The position numbers and the translations under genes were made by a program. Of a DNA stretch of 64,000 bases, positions 9,162 through 16,279 are shown piece after piece. The number at the start of each line of letters is the position of its first letter. Within the stretch, counting starts at the first letter, position 1. The notes under the pieces were generated by a model. That model had not been told where the DNA came from. It saw only the letters and a program-made list of their open reading frames with translations, and did not search any database. This DNA comes from Acidobacteriota bacterium (GTDB lineage Bacteria; Acidobacteriota; Blastocatellia; Pyrinomonadales; Pyrinomonadaceae), in assembly GCA_025463125.1 (NCBI GenBank), contig JAOAPX010000152.1:19816-83815 (forward strand), written 5' to 3'.

Positions 9162-11141
9162 TTACCGAATGTTATTCGGAGCCGAAGCTGTAATACCAAA
9201 CTCCGAACCTTGTCCGAGTTCGATATTGTCACGCCCCTGCAGAATCACCGTGCCTGCGCCGGCGCCTGCACCGACAGCGGCACCGATCGCCGCGCCCTGA
9301 CCGCCACCGGCGATTGCACCGATGATCGCGCCGAGAGCAGCGCCGATTCCCGCTCGAGTTACGGTTTTCGTAGTTTGATTACTGTCGCGAACGGTTCCTT
9401 CATTATTGACCTGAACGTTGTCGCCGTTGGCGGCGCGAACCGAGTCGATAAATCCGGCGAAACGATAAGTTTGACCGTTTGTTAAACGAATCGTATCAAA
9501 TTCCATCGAAAGATTGGCACGACCCGAAACCCGTCCCGATTGATTTGTGTTGGCAATTCGCCCTTCGATAATCGCGCCGCGAAACTGCGAAGGTGAAGTT
9601 ACTTCCAGTTGGAAGCGATCACCGTTCTGGCTGACCTTGGTATCGATCGCGTTGCGAAGAACCGCTGTGATTTTCGTGTTGTTCTGAACTACGAAATCAT
9701 TTAAGTTTCCGGTTCCGCTATTTACATTGCCGTTATCATTGCCGCTCCAGTTTCCGTTATTGGTAACGTTTGACCATTGAGCGACGTTATCGGTTTTGTC
9801 GTAAACGCTGACTGCCGTTACGGCTGTATTCGTATTTTCCAGATAAACTCGTCGCGAAACGCGCAATTGCCCGTTGCTGAGCGGCGTAAAGCTGACGAAA
9901 AAGTCATTCATCCGATCGCCCTCGTAATTGATTGTTACATCGTTTGAGGTAGCCGAGACGCGCGTGTTGACCACTCGACCGTTAGGGCTTGTTTCCGAAC
10001 GCTGAACGTTGTCGGCGGCAAATGAAACCTGCGGCGACATTGAAGAAGCAAGCGATACTTGCTGACCGCGTTTTTCAAGAACAAGCATATCAGGCGGCGT
10101 TAAGCGACGCTCGAGGGTTCCGCGAACGCGATCTTGCTGATTGACGTTTATGCGCCCGCTGGTCAACGCGCGGTTGACGATATCACTTACATTATCGCTC
10201 TGGCTGACGTTTAATCTGTAAGTTCCGGTTAAACGCGTGTCGATATTGCCCGCTACCGGGAAAGTTCTATTGTTCCAATCCCAGCTGACGCGGTAATTGC
10301 CGGCTAAAGTGTTCAAATCGCTGCGCAGAAGATTCCACTGGCGCTGAACTGACGGGCTTAAACGATTTGTGCGAATAAAGCTGTCGATAACCGAAGCGCG
10401 CTGAAGCACTTCTTCGACATCCGCCGAAACCGAATCGCGCTCGTCGAAATTGCGGCGCAGACTGTCGGTAGCATTTTCAAAATCGGTTACGTACTGAGCG
10501 ATATTTTCATCGAATCTCGTACCGTTTCGATTGCTTCTATTAAGCACCGTGTCTACATCGCGCCGGAAAACGTCTGTTCTCTGTTCTATTCGCGCGAGTA
10601 AACTTTGCACTGAAGCGTCGGAAACCATATACGGTCTGGTAACGACCGGAGCTGTAGGCGTGTTTCTGTTATACGGAGCCGTAGCTCTGCCATTCCATGT
10701 CCACGTAACGCGGTAATAGCCGGCTAATGTATTCAAATCATTTCTGATAAGGTTCCATTGATTTTGCGCCTGCACCGAAACGCGGTTATTGCGCATATAC
10801 TCGTTAATGAACAAAGCCCTGTCGAGGATTTCCTGCACATCGGCAGCCGTCGAATTTCGCGAAGAAAAATTATTTCTCAACCGATCCGTAGCATTCTCAA
10901 AGTCGGTAACGAATTCCGTAATATTTTCTTCAAATCTGCTGCCGTCAACGCGGCTGTTATCCAGAGATCGATCTACCTCGCGACGGAAATTGTCGGTTCT
11001 GGTTTCCAATCTGGACAGAAGCGTTTGCATCTGATTATTAGTTACACGATATGGATTTACCTGTGCTGAAGTTTCCCTTGCTGTCGTGAAAACGAAGGCT
11101 AGTAGCGCCATTGTAAAAAAGCTGTATATTTTTGTTCTCAT
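9162..11141 (-). CDS. Secreted protein of unknown function: two ~124-aa tandem repeats, a beta-rich middle region and a C-terminal glycine zipper
   Basis: The signal peptide MRTKIYSFFTMALLAFVFTTARETSAQ starts at 11141, with a GGGAGA ribosome-binding site 8 nt upstream. The internal duplication spans 10266-11057. The GIGAALGAIIGAIAGGGQGAAIGAAVGAGAGAG zipper is encoded at about 9240-9360. Confidence 0.75.
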   Translation of the reverse strand: MRTKIYSFFTMALLAFVFTTARETSAQVNPYRVTNNQMQTLLSRLETRTDNFRREVDRSLDNSRVDGSRFEENITEFVTDFENATDRLRNNFSSRNSTAADVQEILDRALFINEYMRNNRVSVQAQNQWNLIRNDLNTLAGYYRVTWTWNGRATAPYNRNTPTAPVVTRPYMVSDASVQSLLARIEQRTDVFRRDVDTVLNRSNRNGTRFDENIAQYVTDFENATDSLRRNFDERDSVSADVEEVLQRASVIDSFIRTNRLSPSVQRQWNLLRSDLNTLAGNYRVSWDWNNRTFPVAGNIDTRLTGTYRLNVSQSDNVSDIVNRALTSGRINVNQQDRVRGTLERRLTPPDMLVLEKRGQQVSLASSMSPQVSFAADNVQRSETSPNGRVVNTRVSATSNDVTINYEGDRMNDFFVSFTPLSNGQLRVSRRVYLENTNTAVTAVSVYDKTDNVAQWSNVTNNGNWSGNDNGNVNSGTGNLNDFVVQNNTKITAVLRNAIDTKVSQNGDRFQLEVTSPSQFRGAIIEGRIANTNQSGRVSGRANLSMEFDTIRLTNGQTYRFAGFIDSVRAANGDNVQVNNEGTVRDSNQTTKTVTRAGIGAALGAIIGAIAGGGQGAAIGAAVGAGAGAGTVILQGRDNIELGQGSEFGITASAPNNIR

Positions 11142-11226
11142 TGTAATTTCTCCCTTGATCATCGAAATGTTTTGCAAGATAGGGAAAGCATTTTAAACAT
11201 CTCGCAGTGTCACTTCTATACGAGCT

Positions 11227-11242
11227 TGCAATCATCGTGCCA
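11227..11242 (-). promoter_or_regulatory. Sigma-54 promoter (consensus-perfect -24/-12)
   Basis: Minus strand reads TGGCAC-GATGA-TTGCA, 86 nt upstream of the 11141 start codon, in intergenic DNA. Confidence 0.75.
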
Positions 11243-11351
11243 GAAATCTCTCTTTTTTTTAATTAAGCTCGTAATTACGCTTGATATCATTAATCTTACA
11301 AAGATTTAGCGGTCGCCCTTAATTATTTTATTTGTAATAAAGCCGTACAAG

Positions 11352-13229
11352 TCAGACGCTTCTGCGAACCGGAAACTTAACCATAAAGGTTGAACCCTTA
11401 CCTTTTCCATCACTGTCGGCGCTGATTTTGCCGCGATGCAGATTCACGATGTGCTTTGAGATTGTCAAGCCGAGTCCGAGACCGCCGTAGTCGCGTATAT
11501 TCGGATTATCGGCTTGTTTATAGCGCTCAAAAACATACGGCAAAAATTCCCGGCTGATGCCTCTGCCGTCGTCTTTGACGATCATCTGAACATCGCCGTT
11601 CAATTCGCTCACGCTCGTCTCGATTTTTCCGCCGCTTTGCGTAAACTTCACGGCATTGGTCAATAAATTCTGAATAACTATTTTTATTTTTTCCTTGTCG
11701 CCGTAAATCAAATGATGATCCAGCTGATTGAATTTCGATAAAGTGATGTTTTTCTCTTTTGCAAGCGGTTCTATCTGAGAAATCGTCTCTTCAAATAATT
11801 CCGAGAAATCGACGTCTTCGACCTTTAAAACACTTTTACCCGAAATTATCTCCGAGTAATTAAGCAGTTGTTCGACGAGTCTCGCCTGCGAGCGCAAATT
11901 TTTATCGATCTTCTGCAAAGCAAGTTCCTTTGTGCCGCGCGACAGTTCGTGCGTTCTTAAAATTCTCGCCCAGCCGGCAATCGCGTTTAGAGGCGTTTTC
12001 AGCTCGTGCGAGATTATAGAAATGAATTCGTCTTTGGAGGTATTGGCTTCTTCTGCGATTTGTCTTGCCTGGCGCTCGTTTTCCAGCAAAATTTCTCTTT
12101 GTTTCTGCATTTCCAGAAGCTCGCCGGCGGTTTTCTGCGCTTTTGCGCGCGAAGCCGCTTCCCAGTAAGTCATACCGAAAAGCAGGAAACTGAAGGCGAA
12201 ACCGCACAAAAGAATCAGCGGCGTCCAGCCGACGCTCGATTGCTCCGTAAAAATCGGCAGAGTATTGTATTGCAGTATCCATTTTCTGCCGATTATTTCT
12301 ATGCTGTTTTGCGCTTCGTGTTTTTCTTCCGTTATATTTGCAAAGTTCAGCGGAACGGAATTATTACTTTCTTTATAAGCCAGAAGATTTTGCTCGCTTA
12401 CCTCGCCGTCAAAAACCTTGAAACGAATGTCCTGTTCGGGAATTGTTTCATAAACGTCATTAAAAAAATTGTTGGCTTTTAAGGCGATAAAGACAAAGCC
12501 CAGCAAATCGCCTTTAAATTGCCTGCTTGAAGCGGAAATCTCGCTTTTTTTATAAACGGGCAGAAAAATCACGAAACCTTCCTGTCCGCCGCTTTTCCCG
12601 TCACCGGCGAAAACCACTTTTGAGCTTGCCGCCGCCTCGCCGGTTTCTTCGGCGCGCCGCATCGCTTCGCGGTAATGCGGCTGCGTCGTCATATCGAAAC
12701 CGATAATTTTTTTATTGTGATCCTCAAACGGTTCGATATAAACCACAATTTGACCACTGCCCGTTTCGTTTGGCGGATAGATTTTGAAATCGCTAAAACC
12801 GTCGGCGTTCATACGCTTGTTTAAAGCTTCATAATCCTGAGTTTTAACGGTTTGGGCAAAACCCATTCCCTGTACGCCCGAATCGTGATTTTGAAGATTA
12901 AGATAACTTACATACTCGGAAAATTTACCGTGGGTCAATTCCGGCGCGGTCTCAATAAAGCCTTTGCTGCCTTTCAGCAAAGCCACGTATAAATTTATTT
13001 TGCTTTCAATCGACGATTCGAGAAGACTGATGTGATTGCTGAATCTGATTGTATCCTTGCTTTTCGCGCTCTTAAAAAAATTGTAAGTAACACCGACAGT
13101 CAGCAGTATCAACACGGCTAGAACCAAATATGAGAGATTGAAAATTTGCGAGTCTTTCTCCTTGTTAAAATTTTCGATTGGATCCGACATGGCTGCACCG
13201 CTTATTTTCCTGAAACTATTGCAAAACAA
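11352..13229 (-). CDS. Sensor histidine kinase with a periplasmic CHASE-like domain
   Basis: TM helix, a ~280-aa extracytoplasmic domain (GMGFAQ...IVVYIEPFEDHNKKIIGFDM resembles CHASE), a second TM helix, H-box SHELKTPLNAI, and HATPase G-boxes. The start may instead be 13190. Confidence 0.85.
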   Translation of the reverse strand: MFCNSFRKISGAAMSDPIENFNKEKDSQIFNLSYLVLAVLILLTVGVTYNFFKSAKSKDTIRFSNHISLLESSIESKINLYVALLKGSKGFIETAPELTHGKFSEYVSYLNLQNHDSGVQGMGFAQTVKTQDYEALNKRMNADGFSDFKIYPPNETGSGQIVVYIEPFEDHNKKIIGFDMTTQPHYREAMRRAEETGEAAASSKVVFAGDGKSGGQEGFVIFLPVYKKSEISASSRQFKGDLLGFVFIALKANNFFNDVYETIPEQDIRFKVFDGEVSEQNLLAYKESNNSVPLNFANITEEKHEAQNSIEIIGRKWILQYNTLPIFTEQSSVGWTPLILLCGFAFSFLLFGMTYWEAASRAKAQKTAGELLEMQKQREILLENERQARQIAEEANTSKDEFISIISHELKTPLNAIAGWARILRTHELSRGTKELALQKIDKNLRSQARLVEQLLNYSEIISGKSVLKVEDVDFSELFEETISQIEPLAKEKNITLSKFNQLDHHLIYGDKEKIKIVIQNLLTNAVKFTQSGGKIETSVSELNGDVQMIVKDDGRGISREFLPYVFERYKQADNPNIRDYGGLGLGLTISKHIVNLHRGKISADSDGKGKGSTFMVKFPVRRSV

Positions 13230-13454
13230 TTTTTGTTTAATTAGCGTTTATGCAATGATTATGCCTCTAAGCGCTGGTATAGCCTGATAAAGGGTTTAAC
13301 CGCTGTAAACTTTAGCAGTCAGATATTATTCGAGTATTTCCGGTATGATATTTCGTATCAATTGCTTACAGCTTTTTTCCTCGTTATATTACAAATTATT
13401 TTTTATTTAGTATTAAACGTCGTAAAAGCATTCAAATTACGCGTTTCTTTAATC

Positions 13455-13470
13455 TGGCATTGAATTTGCA
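13455..13470 (+). promoter_or_regulatory. Sigma-54 promoter
   Basis: TGGCAT-TGAAT-TTGCA, 59 nt upstream of the 13529 ATG. Confidence 0.7.
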
Positions 13471-13528
13471 AAATAAAATTGAAAAATGATTGTTTTACAA
13501 AATTTTATTCACAAAAGGAGTCAGAAAT

Positions 13529-13693
13529 ATGGCTGAAGAAAACGGAACAGGAAATAATTTGATTTGGGCGATCGCAATGATTATTATCGTTGCGATTATT
13601 GCCGGAGCTGTATATTTTGTTGCCTTAAAAGGCGATACTAAACCTGATAAAATAGATATTAATGTCAGCGCTCCGAGCGGTTCGACAAGATAA
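13529..13693 (+). CDS. 54-aa single-pass membrane protein
   Basis: An AAGGAG ribosome-binding site lies 8 nt upstream of the ATG. Translation: MAEENGTGNNLIWAIAMIIIVAIIAGAVYFVALKGDTKPDKIDINVSAPSGSTR. A terminator follows. Confidence 0.55.
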   Translation: MAEENGTGNNLIWAIAMIIIVAIIAGAVYFVALKGDTKPDKIDINVSAPSGSTR

Positions 13694-13711
13694 TTCAAAT
13701 ATTTATATTAA

Positions 13712-13756
13712 ACAGAAAAGGCGTTCTCATAAAAAAGAACGCCTTTTCTGTTTTTC
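13712..13756. terminator. Bidirectional intrinsic terminator
   Basis: acagaaaaggcgttc / gaacgccttttctgt is a 15-bp stem with U-tracts on both strands. Confidence 0.75.
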
Positions 13757-13776
13757 CGTTGTTTTCCATCAAACGA

Positions 13777-15303
13777 TTATAATCTTTCGTCGATATTGTG
13801 CCTTTTAATCATTCCGTAAAGTCTCGGACGATAAAGCCCTAAAAGATTAGCCGCAGCCTGCTTGTTGCCTTTGGTTCTTTTCAGCGCCGCCATTACCACG
13901 ACATTTTCGATTTCGTTAAAGACGTCCTTTTGTTCGCTTCCGTCAACCGGATCGGGCAGTCTTTCAACGATAAATTTACCGACTTCTTCAAAAAGCTCTT
14001 CATCCGATAAATTCTGTTTACCGAGCAGGCTTCCGCCGTTGGACGAGCCGGCGGCGGCGGCAACGAAAGATTCCACACCGGAAGTTTTATCGCGTTCCGG
14101 TATATCTCTTTTAATGTCTGCGAAAGAAATCGTATTGTCGAGATTTTTCGGTATATCTAAATTGTTGATTTTGCCGCCTTTGCTCAAAAGAATCGCCCGC
14201 TCGATGACGTGCTGCAGCTCGCGCACGTTGCCGCGCCAGTTGTAATTGAGCATTTGATCATAAGCGTGCTGCGAAAATTCGGGATTTTCGCGTTTATATT
14301 TATCGGCGTAAATATGCAGAAAATGTTCTGCGAGCATCGGCACGTCTTCCATTCTTTCGCGAAGCGGCGGAATTTTTATTTCGATCGTGTTTATACGGTA
14401 ATATAAATCTTCGCGTAAATTTCCGTCCTGAATAGCGTCAAAGGGATTCCTGTTTGTCGCGGAAATCAAGCGAAAATCCACTTCCTGCGGCTTATCGCTG
14501 CCGACGCGGTAATAAATTTTTTCCTGCAAAACCCTGAGCAGCTTCGGCTGCAGATCGACCGGCATTTCACCGATTTCGTCGAGCAGAATGCTTCCGCCGT
14601 TCGCCTGCCCGATAAATCCGACTTTATCGTTGACGGCGCCCGTAAAAGAACCTTTGATATGCCCGAACAATTGCGATTCGATCAAATCTTTCGGCAGCGC
14701 CGAACAGTTTACTTTGACAAAAGGTTTTTTCGAACGATGGCTTTTATAATGAATTGCGTTGGCGATTACTTCTTTACCCGTTCCGGATTCTCCGAGAATC
14801 AATATATTGGCGTCGGATTCGGCGACGCTGTCAATGATTTCAAAAATATTCTGCATCGAACGGCTGCCGCCGATAATGCCTTCGTATGATGTACGGCTGG
14901 AAAGCTTGTTTCTCAATTCCCTGATTTCCGCCGCCTGCTGTTTTCTTTCAACCGCTTTTTCTATTAAAAGAAAAAGTTCATCAAATTCGACGGGTTTTTC
15001 AATAAAATGAAACGCACCGGCTTTCGTTGCTTCAATTACTTTTTCCGTCGAGCCAAAGCCCGTAATCATTATAATTTCCGTTTCCGGAGCGATTTCTTTT
15101 AAACGACGAACCATTTCAATGCCGTTAATATCAGGCAAATTTAAATCTGTCAGGATAATGTCAAATTCATTTTCCTGTACAAAACTCAGCCCTTTTGCGC
15201 CGCAATCAGCCGTTGTCGTCGCAAAGCTTTCAGCCTCGAGCTGAAACTTCAAAAGATCGAGCGTTGTTTTGTCATCATCGATAACCAGTGCTTTATATGT
15301 CAT
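13777..15303 (-). CDS. Sigma-54-dependent response regulator (NtrC family bacterial enhancer-binding protein)
   Basis: REC domain (DIILTDLNLPD), AAA+ Walker A GESGTGKE, sigma-54 contact loop GSFTGA, and a C-terminal Fis-type HTH AAANLLGLYRPRLYGMIKR. Confidence 0.92.
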   Translation of the reverse strand: MTYKALVIDDDKTTLDLLKFQLEAESFATTTADCGAKGLSFVQENEFDIILTDLNLPDINGIEMVRRLKEIAPETEIIMITGFGSTEKVIEATKAGAFHFIEKPVEFDELFLLIEKAVERKQQAAEIRELRNKLSSRTSYEGIIGGSRSMQNIFEIIDSVAESDANILILGESGTGKEVIANAIHYKSHRSKKPFVKVNCSALPKDLIESQLFGHIKGSFTGAVNDKVGFIGQANGGSILLDEIGEMPVDLQPKLLRVLQEKIYYRVGSDKPQEVDFRLISATNRNPFDAIQDGNLREDLYYRINTIEIKIPPLRERMEDVPMLAEHFLHIYADKYKRENPEFSQHAYDQMLNYNWRGNVRELQHVIERAILLSKGGKINNLDIPKNLDNTISFADIKRDIPERDKTSGVESFVAAAAGSSNGGSLLGKQNLSDEELFEEVGKFIVERLPDPVDGSEQKDVFNEIENVVVMAALKRTKGNKQAAANLLGLYRPRLYGMIKRHNIDERL

Positions 15304-15384
15304 AATTATTTGTAATTTATTGTATCAAAAATAGACAATACCCAAAACATCTCAGGTTTAACAATCAATTACCGTCTAAGTTAG

Positions 15385-15420
15385 AAAAAAAGAGGCAAGT
15401 TCCCCTTAACTTACCTCTTT
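15385..15420 (-). terminator. Intrinsic terminator upstream of the activator gene
   Basis: Minus strand: AAGAGGTAAGTT-loop-AACTTGCCTCTT (one mismatch) followed by TTTTTTT. Confidence 0.6.
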
Positions 15421-15566
15421 CGAGCGTTCACTCTCCCCGGATACCGTAAAATAAATAAAAAATGAAACAGATTAAAAATTCGGAAGTTATAAAACAATTG
15501 CCTGCCTTAAACATTTAGTAAAATTAACCCAAATCCCCCAATTATAAATACAGCCAACTTCTATGC
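15385..15566 (-). ncRNA. Candidate ~180-nt sigma-54-dependent transcript (sRNA, 28-aa sORF carrier, or attenuated leader of the activator gene)
   Basis: Bounded by the sigma-54 element at 15577-15592 and the terminator at 15385-15420. It contains only a 28-aa hydrophobic ORF (15428-15514) that lacks a ribosome-binding site. Confidence 0.3.
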
Positions 15567-15576
15567 CCAACTAATT

Positions 15577-15592
15577 TGCAACGAGTGTGCCG
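15577..15592 (-). promoter_or_regulatory. Sigma-54 promoter
   Basis: Minus strand reads CGGCAC-ACTCG-TTGCA, with GG and GC at the correct spacing. Confidence 0.55.
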
Positions 15593-15896
15593 AAACAGCT
15601 AACTTACGTTTTTGCTTAAAGTTACGGCAAGAGGATATTTTCCATCCAACAAATACCGTACTATAATAATACATAAAAATCTCTTTTTTATAAGTGTATT
15701 ATCTCTAATCATTTACAGCTAAGATTTAGACTTTAAAGAATATTTATCATCCGGCGAGTTTTATTTCGTTCGGCGGAAGATTCCCCGTCTGAACCTGTGC
15801 AGGTCTTGTACTGAATTGATACTAATTTTTATATTAATTATTTTGCGGATTAGAGTAATTATATGTAAATACTGGGCTTAATGGAGTTCAGTCAAT

Positions 15897-15912
15897 TGGC
15901 ACACTAATTGAA
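15897..15912 (+). promoter_or_regulatory. Degenerate sigma-54-type element
   Basis: TGGCAC-ACTAA-TTGAA (-12 is GA instead of GC), 56 nt upstream of the 15968 ATG. Confidence 0.35.
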
Positions 15913-15967
15913 TTAAAGGTTTTCACCAATGCTTTGAAAGCAAAATTTGACAAGAGGGTGAAAACAG

Positions 15968-16120
15968 ATGTTAGAAACTTTAATTATTATTTTACTTGTT
16001 TTGTGGCTATTAGGACTAATAGCGGGTCCTGCATCGCTGGGCGGATGGATTCATCTTTTATTATTAGTCGCTTTAGCTGTATTTGTAATCAGATTAGTTA
16101 GCGGCAGAAGAGTTGTGTAA
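15968..16120 (+). CDS. 50-aa two-helix membrane protein (Lmo0937-family-like)
   Basis: Absent from the ORF track because it is under 60 aa. Translation: MLETLIIILLVLWLLGLIAGPASLGGWIHLLLLVALAVFVIRLVSGRRVV. A GAGGGTG ribosome-binding site lies upstream. Confidence 0.55.
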   Translation: MLETLIIILLVLWLLGLIAGPASLGGWIHLLLLVALAVFVIRLVSGRRVV

Positions 16121-16279
16121 CTTATAAATTGAACGGCAACAGATTTTTGCAGTTAATCCTTTTTTGCCAAACATACCTCGCTTTTGATTAAATCAAAACG
16201 AGGTATTTCTGCTTGTAAAATTTTAAATAATTTTCTACAAAAGTTGAAAATATTTTGCTCGTGTAATCAAATCTATTAT

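Noticed and set aside
16184-16279. N-terminal extension of the hybrid kinase ORF
   Set aside because: The first 32 codons are AT-rich, Cys/Lys/Ile-rich and have no domain character. The ATG at 16280 is more plausible, but neither start has a clear ribosome-binding site, so this remains uncertain.
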